From an uncultured virus (IMG/VR IMGVR_UViG_3300017772_000002) (lineage: Duplodnaviria > Heunggongvirae > Uroviricota > Caudoviricetes), in IMG/VR virus record IMGVR_UViG_3300017772_000002: 64,000 bases of DNA. One strand, written 5' to 3'. Of the stretch, positions 28,990-38,417 are shown piece after piece; position 1 is the stretch's first letter, and each line of letters begins with the position of its first letter. Both the position numbers and the translations under genes were made by a program. The notes below the pieces were generated by a model. It worked only from the letters and a program-made list of their open reading frames with translations. It had not been told where the DNA came from and did not search any database.

Positions 28990-30029
28990 GGACTTTCTGG
29001 GTCAAAATCAATTAAAGATTTATGGCCTATTTGGTATTGATTAATTAAGAAGTTTTTAAACTTATCAGTATTGAGAATTGGTTCCCAGAACTCATCAGTT
29101 CTAGTTTGCTTTTCTCTTACTTTAGGTTCAACCATTTCACCGGTATCTTGATCAACCATGCAGTACCAACCATTACTTGGTTTAACTACAAATCCACCAG
29201 CTAAAGCAATATCAAGTAAACCACTATTGCGTTCTACACCGCCGTCCCATGAGACCGATACTGGAATCTTAGATTTCTCTTTTACCATTCTGGATTTTTC
29301 TACATTAATAATAAAGTCATATCCTGTAACTTCCATACCTTGCTTGTTTTGTCTACGACCTAGAATCCAGATATTATCAGCTGAATAGTAAATACCAGTA
29401 CCACCGGAAACTACAGCTTTAGGGAATAGACCCATTTCTTGATACGTATGATTAATAGCCAATAGAGGCACATCTTTCATAGTCAAGTAAGGTGTTACCA
29501 TACGGAATAGACCTTTAAGTGCTTTTGCTCTTGACATATCAGCAACTGATTTTTCATTTAAAGCATCTTCAAGTTCTTTCTTAGAAGCAAGGTTACCAAT
29601 TGAATCAATAACAATAATTACTTTATCTTTACGCTCAATATTATCCAATTGACCAACTAGATCAAATTTAAGTTGTTCAACATCAGTAATTGGCGTATGA
29701 AGTACTCGACTAGTGTCAATACCGAATGCTTCAAAATATGATTGTGGTGAACCAAACTCTGAATCATAAAATAGCATTACTGCATCACTATGTTCTTTCA
29801 TATAAGACGCAGCCATCAATAATGCAAATGATGTTTTAAAGTGTTTAGATGGACCAGCCAATACTGTCAAACCAGAAGTTAATCCACCGTCTGGATCTCC
29901 TGAGAGAGCAACATTGATCATTGGAACTTCTGTCTTGACCATGGTCTTATCACCAAAGAAAATACTTTCAGATAGTGTATCCGAAGTTTTAATCTTTGAG
30001 TTCTTTTTTAGTTTATCCATTATACTCAT
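28962..30029 (-). CDS. uvsX: RecA-like recombinase UvsX
   Basis: [24 protein letters not shown]. Confidence 0.95.
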   Translation of the reverse strand: MSIMDKLKKNSKIKTSDTLSESIFFGDKTMVKTEVPMINVALSGDPDGGLTSGLTVLAGPSKHFKTSFALLMAASYMKEHSDAVMLFYDSEFGSPQSYFEAFGIDTSRVLHTPITDVEQLKFDLVGQLDNIERKDKVIIVIDSIGNLASKKELEDALNEKSVADMSRAKALKGLFRMVTPYLTMKDVPLLAINHTYQEMGLFPKAVVSGGTGIYYSADNIWILGRRQNKQGMEVTGYDFIINVEKSRMVKEKSKIPVSVSWDGGVERNSGLLDIALAGGFVVKPSNGWYCMVDQDTGEMVEPKVREKQTRTDEFWEPILNTDKFKNFLINQYQIGHKSLIDFDPESPLQNNENVV

Positions 30030-30298
30030 CGTACTTTTCTCCTGCCGAATTGTGTTTGTTGAATAGAATCAACCTGCCTTTTATGACGCGCGATAGCTTC
30101 GGCTTTTTTACGTTTGCGCTTGGCAGTAGGTTTTTCATAATATTCTTTTCTACGTACATCTTGTAGAATACCTGCCGCTTCAACTGCTTTTTTGAACTTT
30201 CTCAAAGCAACATCGAATGGCATGTCTTGTGGTGGCCGCTGGTTTTTCTTACCTTTACGGTATTTAGCGGGCTGTGCTTTTAAATTAATACTAGGCAT
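30026..30298 (-). CDS. rpsU: ribosomal protein bS21 homolog
   Basis: [10 protein letters not shown]...[20 protein letters not shown]. Confidence 0.9.
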   Translation of the reverse strand: MPSINLKAQPAKYRKGKKNQRPPQDMPFDVALRKFKKAVEAAGILQDVRRKEYYEKPTAKRKRKKAEAIARHKRQVDSIQQTQFGRRKVR

Positions 30299-30331
30299 AA
30301 TTCCTCTTTTTTAATGGTTAATATATTGTAT

Positions 30332-30361
30332 ATTATATCATAAATTCAGTCAATTGTAAAC
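30332..30361 (-). promoter_or_regulatory. early promoter for bS21/uvsX
   Basis: GTTTACA-N17-TATAAT. Confidence 0.75.
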
Positions 30362-31523
30362 TGTTTTTTACAAATTCATAGGTTTTTTTCTTATTATCTT
30401 GTACCATATAATCAGTATCTATTGAATCAAGTTTTCCCTCAAGATACTTTTTAACCATAGCTGCTGGATGTTCGGCTGTGGTTACAGGTACATTTTGTCA
30501 TATATGATTTAGTGATCTTTTAGGATTCACTAATTTATAGTCATTTGGCAATTTCATCAAAGACATAGATTCTCTTACTGTTAAAAATCTATCTTCGTCT
30601 GGATGTGTTATGCTTGTTGGCATATGACCTACGAAAGCTCCAATTTTATCCTTTGGAATTTCAACGCCTTTACGCATAATATTACCACCTGCTTTGAGCT
30701 TGTGATAAGCTCTATCGCATTTACGAGCTACATTATCGTATCCATTTGCTCGCATCCACTCAGCAACCTTGTTATAGGTTGTATGTTCTTCAATATAATC
30801 TTGAACATTTGTGGTCTTTTCAATCTTAGCTGCAAACTCTTTGTGGGTAATTCCACCTTCGAGTTCTTCTAAGATATACTTATAATATGGATCTTCTGAT
30901 GGAGTTTTATCATTACATAAAATTTGACTCATTTCATCAGATGGGTCATTCACTACAGATCTAATATCATCTGCAATCATTGTTGGTGGAACTTCAATAT
31001 AGTCAAATAATGGAACAGTATTGTCTTTCCAAAAGAAATAAAATGTTCGATCTCTAACTTGACTCAATCCATGTAATAAAGATTTTGTTTTAAAAATACT
31101 AAATGTATAACCATTGTCTTCAGCAATTTTACGTAATCTTCTTACAACTGGTTCACCCATTTTTGATGCTAGTCTTGGAGCGTTTTCTCCCCAAAATACC
31201 TTTGGCGACATTTCACTTAAAACATATTCTGCTGATTTAATCATCCAATCATTTGCTGGATTATTGCTTGAAGCAGAAGGACTTAAAGAACTTAGACCAG
31301 CACATGGACATACTGTATTTACAACATCAACGCTTTCAGTATGCTTATCACCATTTGACAAATTCAAATATGGAATCTCATTATTGTAATAGTTTCTCAA
31401 ATGTTCTTCATTTGCTTGAAATCCATCAAATGTTAAAAAATATTTTGGTTTAGTTTTAAAAACGTTTTCCATTGCGATGGTCTCACCACCAATCAATGGT
31501 ACAATGCTTGCCCATGTAGTCAT
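30333..31523 (-). CDS. divergent C5-cytosine DNA methyltransferase-like protein with an in-frame TGA at 30498-30500
   Basis: PC (VCPCAGLS), ENAP, QVRDR, RFLTVRE motifs; frame continues 54 codons past the TGA (QNVPVTTA...EFMI). Confidence 0.75.
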
Positions 31524-31524
31524 A

Positions 31525-32514
31525 TTAGAAAAATTCCTCAAGTGTATTTGTTATTTTAGTTTCGATTCCATTCCAATATGGATAAAACTCTCTTGACAGA
31601 TGAATTGATTTTGGCTTTTCCATATATTTAAAATCAAGCTCACCAGCCTTATTCATTAATTTATCGGTCCATCTTATGATGCCGTATTCCTTTTCAATGT
31701 AATCGTTAAATTGATTACGAATATCTGTTCTTTCATGCCATGAACCCCAGAATGGTTTACCTTTATGATATCCAGATTGTGGGATCTTTCTTGATTCATG
31801 TTCAATTGGCAATAGTTCATATATCTTAGCGTCAAATTTACTAGCTTCTTCCATGTATCTATCAGCCAAATCAATAATACTTGCTTCTAATCTAATAATA
31901 TGATGACGCACATCAATGTTACCAAAATAACAATGAAGTTCTTTATATCCTGTTGGCGGAATAAATGTTTTGAATCCTTGTTTCAATGCGCCATTTAAGG
32001 TTTTAAATGGAACGCTATTAACAGTCCAACCTGGACGATACATACATATTGAATGACTATCACCAATAATAACTTTATCTGTTGGATTAGGATAATCAAC
32101 TCTAATTGCTGTGTCATGCATTCTTTTAAGATTTTTTAAGTCAACCTGATGCCATTCAGGCTGAACGTCTCGTTTAGCAGCATCTAATTTACTTTTAATC
32201 ATTTCATGATATGGAGGAAAATCCATACCTATAGAATAGACTTGACCTTTAAATTTAGAAAAGTTAACAGTGTTAGCAACGTATGGGAAACCATAAACGC
32301 CACCAAACATATTAAGACCGCCGCTATAATCACTGCCATGATAAACCCAGAGATTATCATAAGCATTATGATCTGTAATTTCTCCACCATAGTTGACATC
32401 GCAGTTTCCATATTTTTCCTTAATCATATCTCCATAGATAACGCCTTGAGCTCCTCGGTGAGATGCATGACGTTTTGCTATTGGAATAAATGGGCAGTTG
32501 ATTATATTTTTCAT
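31525..32514 (-). CDS. SGNH/GDSL-like protein in the modification operon
   Basis: IIGDSHS, FGNID, SIHLS; C-terminus TLEEFF. Confidence 0.5.
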   Translation of the reverse strand: MKNIINCPFIPIAKRHASHRGAQGVIYGDMIKEKYGNCDVNYGGEITDHNAYDNLWVYHGSDYSGGLNMFGGVYGFPYVANTVNFSKFKGQVYSIGMDFPPYHEMIKSKLDAAKRDVQPEWHQVDLKNLKRMHDTAIRVDYPNPTDKVIIGDSHSICMYRPGWTVNSVPFKTLNGALKQGFKTFIPPTGYKELHCYFGNIDVRHHIIRLEASIIDLADRYMEEASKFDAKIYELLPIEHESRKIPQSGYHKGKPFWGSWHERTDIRNQFNDYIEKEYGIIRWTDKLMNKAGELDFKYMEKPKSIHLSREFYPYWNGIETKITNTLEEFF

Positions 32515-32515
32515 C

Positions 32516-33580
32516 TTAAAAAAACTCAGTTAATGTGTTTTGAGGCGTCTTAGCTCTAGCAACTTGACGTCTTCCACATGCCTTTTCGTCATCTCTTATT
32601 TGTAGATATACACCATACTGGCAACATAGAACCTCAGTACCGTAGTACTTTAATCCATTCTGTTGTTCTTTAAATAAATGTGAACCATTGTCTAATTCAA
32701 TATTATATGCTGATTCATGGAACGTAACATCCTTAGTCAAACCAATTTCAGCTGCGTTTTCTCTTATAAAATAAATTGCTTCAGCTAGATATTTATTAGG
32801 AACATCTGGCCAAAGTAATTTTATCGTATAAACTGCTCCTGGTCCTGGCGCAACAAACCTTTGATCATGATGATATTTCATTTGAGGTAAAACAGATGTT
32901 GAAGTTGCACAATGGAATCCATAATATTCACCAACTCCTGGTAAAGTTCTTAATAAAGTAAACACTTCAAAAAGATCTTTAGCAGCTAGCATACCTTCAA
33001 TTATTTTAGTATCTCTGAAAGAAGCAACCCATTCACTTACGTCAACTGGATGAAACTTACGATCTGGATCATTATATTTTTTACGACAATAGTTTCTACC
33101 AGCAGTTTGAATCGATGTGTGTAACTCAGTCGTTCCCCAGATAGGTTGTTTATTTCTTATAGCTTTATCGATGTTATTACGTAGAAACTTAATATAGTCA
33201 TCATCGCCATCTGCAATTCGATCAAAATCAACAAAGGTTCCTTCCTTTCCTGATACTATCCAGTGAACTCCACGAGCCCCATAAAAGTGAGATATAATCG
33301 TGTTACCAACAATATTAGTATCGCTCATTCGAGATGTAGCAATTTCAGTACCAATAAATCTCATACGATCATCTAAGGTAATTGTAGGATGAAAATATTC
33401 AACGTTCTCACCTAAGCCATGGTCAATTACACCATGACGATTTAGATTTTCATATTGATCATTAGTAAAACCTTGATGAATAGCTGCACGATCGTTAATC
33501 TTTTTTAAGAAATGATTGAAGTCAAGCATAAGGTCTTTATCAAATGACCACCAATCATAATTATAAGAATTAGTAGCCAA
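32516..33580 (-). CDS. aGPT-PPlase/amino-acid:DNA-transferase-like protein (HhH glycosylase fold)
   Basis: LPGVGEY HhH motif, APGPGA, TEVLCCQY; C-terminus TLTEFF. Confidence 0.6.
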   Translation of the reverse strand: MATNSYNYDWWSFDKDLMLDFNHFLKKINDRAAIHQGFTNDQYENLNRHGVIDHGLGENVEYFHPTITLDDRMRFIGTEIATSRMSDTNIVGNTIISHFYGARGVHWIVSGKEGTFVDFDRIADGDDDYIKFLRNNIDKAIRNKQPIWGTTELHTSIQTAGRNYCRKKYNDPDRKFHPVDVSEWVASFRDTKIIEGMLAAKDLFEVFTLLRTLPGVGEYYGFHCATSTSVLPQMKYHHDQRFVAPGPGAVYTIKLLWPDVPNKYLAEAIYFIRENAAEIGLTKDVTFHESAYNIELDNGSHLFKEQQNGLKYYGTEVLCCQYGVYLQIRDDEKACGRRQVARAKTPQNTLTEFF

Positions 33581-33959
33581 TGAGACCCTCTCTGACTAAG
33601 TGGATTATATTTAATTCTGGATGAACCTTTTTAATTTCTTCAATTTGAATAGGATCGTCCTCAAAGTGTAGTCCAATCTTAAATGATTCTTTAAGCTTTG
33701 TGATACATTTAGCTTTATGAATACCTGAAGCTTTTCTGCTATAAGCATCATCACTTCGCTTTAAAGGATTAAACATTACATGATTATGTATATCACGAGA
33801 TTTTAGCATAACAATGGTATCAAGCTCTTGTTGATACGACCTTCCGGTAATAATAACATCATCACGGCCAGGACGCACACCAGTTACGTCCTCGCCGAAA
33901 TAAATTACTCCATCAATATCAAATGTATTAATTAATTGCTTAGGCATAATCGTTTTCAC
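33570..33959 (-). CDS. minimal HAD phosphatase
   Basis: FDIDGV, ITGR, K, HFEDD. Confidence 0.75.
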   Translation of the reverse strand: MKTIMPKQLINTFDIDGVIYFGEDVTGVRPGRDDVIITGRSYQQELDTIVMLKSRDIHNHVMFNPLKRSDDAYSRKASGIHKAKCITKLKESFKIGLHFEDDPIQIEEIKKVHPELNIIHLVREGLIGY

Positions 33960-35220
33960 CTGATTGGAATGTATAAGTTAGATCTTCAACTTTAGGATTA
34001 TTTTCTTTAAGTTGAGGAGTTGTTTTATCAGTTAAAACTCTACGAGCCAATGCATCACATTCAAATTTAGCATCTGCAGTTTTAAGCTGCTCAGGTGGAG
34101 TCTTTTGTGACCAAGCTGATGGTCCACGTAAGTAACCAACAATTCCCATTTCAGAAGCAACTTTACAGAATCTAATAGCATCATACACGATACCAGCACT
34201 ATTTGGAGAATCCTGAACTGATAAACGAGCGGTTAGCTCATAACGAGCGCCAGCCCAACCCCAAAATACCATATCGATATTTGCAATTTTATTATCAGAT
34301 CCAATATATTCACCACCTGGCTTTTGGAAAACTGTAAGTGATGGACCAGCATACATTGTAAGTCCTGCGATATCTTTACCACGAACTGTAGCTTGGCCAT
34401 TAAGTACATTCTCTTTTGAAATATGCTTATTTTTCAAACGATCTTTTGTTGCCATATTTAAGAAATCAGTATTTGCTGTTCTACCAATCCTACGCATATC
34501 ACCTTGGGTTGTACCACAAGCTTTATTTTCTTGAATGTGTTGTGTAACCAAAAGGCCAGAATCCATAATAGATCCTTGAAGAACTTCAGATAAACGTGAT
34601 GCGCCATAATCAGATCTCATATCAGAGCCAACAATTGTTACACCATTGTCAATAGCCAATTGCTCTAATTCCATAGCATCTTTTGTAGAAATATAAGTTG
34701 GCATACAGTTTACAACATGAACACCAGCCTTAATAGCATTTTCAATGTGCCATGCTGCAGCTTCTTCAGCTCCTACTGGCATATAATTAAGTAATACATC
34801 AACTTTGCGATCTTTAAGAATTTTTCTATATTCAGATGCTGTAATTGGTGTGGTTTTATTGTCCTCTAGGAATGTAACATTTTCATCAAGCTCATTCATA
34901 TGAGGAGCAATCCCGTCCATAGTTGGAGATCTGAATACTGTAGACTCATTAGCAATACAGCTCATATCGTGACCTGGAGGAAATACTTCCATGTTACAAT
35001 TTGGTTTAGCATAAATTGCTTTATTCAACCGTTGACCAACTTTACGTGAATCAACGTCAAATCCAACGACGAAGTTAAAATTCTCAGCTGAATAGCCACC
35101 AATGTCTTCAAACATCAGGCCAATTTTATCTTCTGGTTTTTCTATATAATATTGAACGCCTTGCACAAGTGCCGATGAACAATTACCTACGCCCGCGATG
35201 GCGATATTTATTTTTGACAT
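33940..35220 (-). CDS. myo-inositol-1-phosphate synthase (Ino1) homolog
   Basis: IAGVGNCSSALVQG, FDVD..KVG, NYMPVG, NTDFLNM, SK, DSPNSAG. Confidence 0.85.
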   Translation of the reverse strand: MSKINIAIAGVGNCSSALVQGVQYYIEKPEDKIGLMFEDIGGYSAENFNFVVGFDVDSRKVGQRLNKAIYAKPNCNMEVFPPGHDMSCIANESTVFRSPTMDGIAPHMNELDENVTFLEDNKTTPITASEYRKILKDRKVDVLLNYMPVGAEEAAAWHIENAIKAGVHVVNCMPTYISTKDAMELEQLAIDNGVTIVGSDMRSDYGASRLSEVLQGSIMDSGLLVTQHIQENKACGTTQGDMRRIGRTANTDFLNMATKDRLKNKHISKENVLNGQATVRGKDIAGLTMYAGPSLTVFQKPGGEYIGSDNKIANIDMVFWGWAGARYELTARLSVQDSPNSAGIVYDAIRFCKVASEMGIVGYLRGPSAWSQKTPPEQLKTADAKFECDALARRVLTDKTTPQLKENNPKVEDLTYTFQSGENDYA

Positions 35221-35313
35221 AATTTTCTCCTTTATATCAGTTTATTATAGTGAGACATTTGACTGGATCAGAGTAGCTCACTTTTGTTAATCATATTAAT
35301 AGTTATAATGTAT

Positions 35314-35342
35314 ATTATAATACATTTTTCACTAAATGTAAA
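35314..35342 (-). promoter_or_regulatory. early promoter for the Ino1 operon
   Basis: TTTACA-N17-TATAAT. Confidence 0.75.
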
Positions 35343-35586
35343 GGGAAGTCATAATATTTTTAAACAAAAACATTAATCCAACCCCGTTAAGTAGTATTAA
35401 AGCTCTATCTTTCCATAAGATAGAAACCCATAACCACAATGCGATACCGATTGCTGATAGAACAAGATCCCACATTTGTAGTCCATCAATGCCTCTAATA
35501 GACATTGCGCAAAGAACAATTACAGAAGCTGCCCATTTAACATACCAATCGATTGTATATTTAGGGGTTGTAAACTCTTTAGTCAT
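35332..35586 (-). CDS. small multi-TM membrane protein
   Basis: DWYVKWAAS...WKDRALILLN. Confidence 0.7.
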   Translation of the reverse strand: MTKEFTTPKYTIDWYVKWAASVIVLCAMSIRGIDGLQMWDLVLSAIGIALWLWVSILWKDRALILLNGVGLMFLFKNIMTSLYI

Positions 35587-35761
35587 TCTTTTGATTTCTT
35601 TTTTTAATTTCATTAGCTGCACTTTCTTCCTTGGTTGTGGCGCAATCATCTACTGCGCTTGGTTTATCTTTTTTACCGAAAATATCATCCCAGTTATCTT
35701 GGTATTTTTTGTTGTCGGTAGGTCTTTGTTTACTACCTTTGCCACCATGCCAGTTACTCAT
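35579..35761 (-). CDS. small conserved phage protein
   Basis: WHGGKGSKQR...NWDDIFGK. Confidence 0.65.
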   Translation of the reverse strand: MSNWHGGKGSKQRPTDNKKYQDNWDDIFGKKDKPSAVDDCATTKEESAANEIKKRNQKND

Positions 35762-35939
35762 CTAGTTCTTCTCTTATATCCGTACGTTTAAAAAATAAAC
35801 GACCATCTTGTGTTAGTTGTAGAGTAAATGAATCTCCAATTTCTAATGGTGTATTTTTTAATTGGATCATATCTCCATCTTTGTCCGACATAATTAATCC
35901 ACATTGATTAATTTCAAACATATATCCGCTATATAACAT
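35754..35939 (-). CDS. hypothetical protein
   Basis: ORF track. Confidence 0.55.
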   Translation of the reverse strand: MLYSGYMFEINQCGLIMSDKDGDMIQLKNTPLEIGDSFTLQLTQDGRLFFKRTDIREELDE

Positions 35940-35940
35940 A

Positions 35941-36084
35941 TCATTCTCCTTTTACGATTTTACATTCATTAATTATTCTCATACTATATCTTACTCCATA
36001 TAAATCGTCGGTATTTTTGATGGAAAATGCTAGCCATATTAGTAGTATTCCTCTTAATAACCATATACCATTTGTACGTTTCAT
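35941..36084 (-). CDS. small TM protein (47 aa)
   Basis: Manual translation MKRTNGIWLLRGILLIWLAFS... Confidence 0.45.
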   Translation of the reverse strand: MKRTNGIWLLRGILLIWLAFSIKNTDDLYGVRYSMRIINECKIVKGE

Positions 36085-36098
36085 TTCAACTCTTTATT

Positions 36099-36175
<77 letters not shown>

Positions 36176-36181
36176 AAATTC

Positions 36182-36490
36182 TTATTGAGCTGGATCCTGT
36201 TGTTTCTTCCAGTCGTCAAAAGCTTTCCAGCTAGTATCAGCCGTAAGCGCATCGTGTTCTTTAAATTGTTCGGTTTTGATCATCTCTTCAAAGATGCTCC
36301 AAACTTTTTCCATTCGTAATTCAAATATATATTTTAATCCAAGCATTTGATTTTGTAATGTATCACAATCTTTAGGATTTAAAATTAAGTTATCTGTATT
36401 ATGATATACGAGATCTAGATCTTCAGATGTTGCCCATGCATTCATGATCGCTTGCTCTAAGTCAAACCTGTCTTTTTTAAATGAAGTCAT
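36182..36490 (-). CDS. hypothetical protein
   Basis: DRFDLEQAIM motif. Confidence 0.6.
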   Translation of the reverse strand: MTSFKKDRFDLEQAIMNAWATSEDLDLVYHNTDNLILNPKDCDTLQNQMLGLKYIFELRMEKVWSIFEEMIKTEQFKEHDALTADTSWKAFDDWKKQQDPAQ

Positions 36491-36941
36491 AAATAATTCC
36501 TGCCTCTTCAAACAGTTTTCTAGTTAATACTGTAGATTCAACCCATCGTTCTGGCATTGAATCATCTATTTCTGATGTTACAACTCTTGTTACACCAACT
36601 TGTATAATACCTTTAGCGCATTCAGAACAAACTGGTAATCCGTGAATATACATTGTTGATCCATCTAATGAAGTGCCGTTATATGTAGCATTATATATAC
36701 AGTTCATTTCAGCATGAACGACCCTTTCATATTTAGTAATTTTATTATTGTACATAGAATCTTTATCGTCAATTCCACGTGGAAATCCATTATAACCTTG
36801 AGCTAAAACCTGTCCTTTAGTTCCTACAGCAACAGCTCCAATTTTACGAGATGGATCTTTAGACCAAGACGCGATATGTCGAGCTAATTCAAGATATCGC
36901 TTATCCCATTTATAAGTTTTTGATATTCCCCAATCGTTCAT
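36477..36941 (-). CDS. cd: dCMP deaminase
   Basis: SKDPS, GYNG, HAE, PVCSEC. Confidence 0.93.
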   Translation of the reverse strand: MNDWGISKTYKWDKRYLELARHIASWSKDPSRKIGAVAVGTKGQVLAQGYNGFPRGIDDKDSMYNNKITKYERVVHAEMNCIYNATYNGTSLDGSTMYIHGLPVCSECAKGIIQVGVTRVVTSEIDDSMPERWVESTVLTRKLFEEAGIIYDFI

Positions 36942-37591
36942 TATTTCACCAAATCAAAATGTCTTTCATAGACATGTAAATTCTGTACTTGCCAGTACAT
37001 ATCACCATCATTAACGCCAAGTTCATCAGCCAATGCGCAAAGAACATATTCTTGCCATGCATAATCATTACGATAGCCAAATATAACATCGTTTGATCTC
37101 ATTTGTACTACACAATGTAATTCATCATCTCGAATATAGTATGTCACCGAATTAGTACAAATAAAATCATTTTTGTTTTGATCATTATATTCGACCCATA
37201 TACTTGGACGAGTATAAATCATCGATGCTCTACGCGAGTCAGGTTTGGTTCTTAGTTCATTAACAACTGAATTAAACTGATTATGATATTGTTCACTCCA
37301 GATGAGATGACCATAATTAGAATTAATTTCACCATGACGATTTGCTGTCATTTGCCAAGCTTTAGGTGGATCTCTATCAACGTAAATATCGTTAATGTTT
37401 GTTGATTGAGACTCATACCATGATATTTCAGCATCAATATATTCTTGGTTTGGTTTACCAAAGATTGCTGGTTCAGTAGCATGGAAAGATGCACCAAGCA
37501 ATTCAATAGTTTTACTGCCATTACGATCAGTTGTAAAATTTTTATTTAATAATTCATTACGAAAATGATTTCTTATATCACTTATTTTCAT
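36941..37591 (-). CDS. gp42: gp42-type dCMP hydroxymethylase/hydroxylase (thymidylate-synthase fold)
   Basis: NSNYG, SRRA, DFICTN, MRSNDVIFGYRNDYAW (Asp at the dCMP-specifying site), LHVYERHF. Confidence 0.85.
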   Translation of the reverse strand: MKISDIRNHFRNELLNKNFTTDRNGSKTIELLGASFHATEPAIFGKPNQEYIDAEISWYESQSTNINDIYVDRDPPKAWQMTANRHGEINSNYGHLIWSEQYHNQFNSVVNELRTKPDSRRASMIYTRPSIWVEYNDQNKNDFICTNSVTYYIRDDELHCVVQMRSNDVIFGYRNDYAWQEYVLCALADELGVNDGDMYWQVQNLHVYERHFDLVK

Positions 37592-37896
37592 TTTTTGTAC
37601 CTATCATCGACTTCTGGATGTTCAATAGCATGTGTCATGAGAATCATGATTTGAGTCGCTGCATGCGCAAGATGAGTCATACCAGATTCATCGTCATTGT
37701 CAATACTAGAATGCCATGCATTAAGATGTCGCTGAACAGATGAATATGTTCGAATCCAGCTGGTTGAGTCGCCATCATAACGCCAATTGTTTACACCATA
37801 CTTTTCAGCACCAAAGCCAAAGACATCAGCAATTTGAGCTAATGCTTCTGGTGGTATTAAGCCAAGTGGTGTTTTGTTTTCGTCAAATTTAGCCAT
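37588..37896 (-). CDS. dNTP diphosphohydrolase (DUF5664-like)
   Basis: KFD..K..L.L, FGAEKYG..NW, RHL, DESG..HLAHA. Confidence 0.8.
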   Translation of the reverse strand: MAKFDENKTPLGLIPPEALAQIADVFGFGAEKYGVNNWRYDGDSTSWIRTYSSVQRHLNAWHSSIDNDDESGMTHLAHAATQIMILMTHAIEHPEVDDRYKK

Positions 37897-37921
37897 GTGT
37901 TATCCTTTGTTTAATACGTAT

Positions 37922-37951
37922 ATTATAACACATTTTGGAGTGTTTGTAAAC
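37922..37951 (-). promoter_or_regulatory. early promoter for the dNTPase-gp42-cd operon
   Basis: GTTTACA-N17-TATAAT. Confidence 0.75.
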
Positions 37952-38417
37952 GTTTTTTATTAAGTAATTTATAACTTCGCATTTTAGTTTGTGACTCGTT
38001 TAGTGCTTTCATTACTGGTAAAAATCCATCTACATTAAATTTAAGAATATCTCCAATTTTATAATTACTTTCAATATTTTGAGTATATCCAACAATATGA
38101 GTCAGTTGTCCCATTTCATAAGACTCTTCTAATCGTCCTTTAGCTGAAAGAGAAATATTATCTGACCATTTTGGTCTACGTTTAAGATCTACAAAAATAG
38201 AATCAGATAATTCAAGATCGTGTCTCCAAGTCTTTGGTCTTTTAAATCCACCGGCTTTATAAAGAGTAAATTCTAAAGCAAGCGCTTCAACATTATTTCT
38301 ATTACTATAAGATCCTTTTTGATACTCTTCTTCTAAAGCATCTAATAACCACTGGTCAACAATATATGTGTGATTATTTATTCGATCAATTAATTCACTA
38401 ATCGGGGTCATATACAA
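37923..38417 (-). CDS. hypothetical protein, possible PD-(D/E)XK nuclease
   Basis: E...HD...VDLK spacing. Confidence 0.4.
   Translation of the reverse strand: MYMTPISELIDRINNHTYIVDQWLLDALEEEYQKGSYSNRNNVEALALEFTLYKAGGFKRPKTWRHDLELSDSIFVDLKRRPKWSDNISLSAKGRLEESYEMGQLTHIVGYTQNIESNYKIGDILKFNVDGFLPVMKALNESQTKMRSYKLLNKKRLQTLQNVL

Noticed and set aside
30333..30362. LQLTEFMI end of the MTase extension as a third clamp-binding tail
   Set aside because: It resembles TLxEFF but is largely dictated by the overlapping -35/-10 promoter sequence, so it is not independent evidence.
30498..30500. Genome-wide TGA reassignment as an explanation for the MTase stop
   Set aside because: TGA is a real stop elsewhere, e.g. 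ATGA overlaps at 996-999 and 11078-11081 (after NrdA's CESCKI end).
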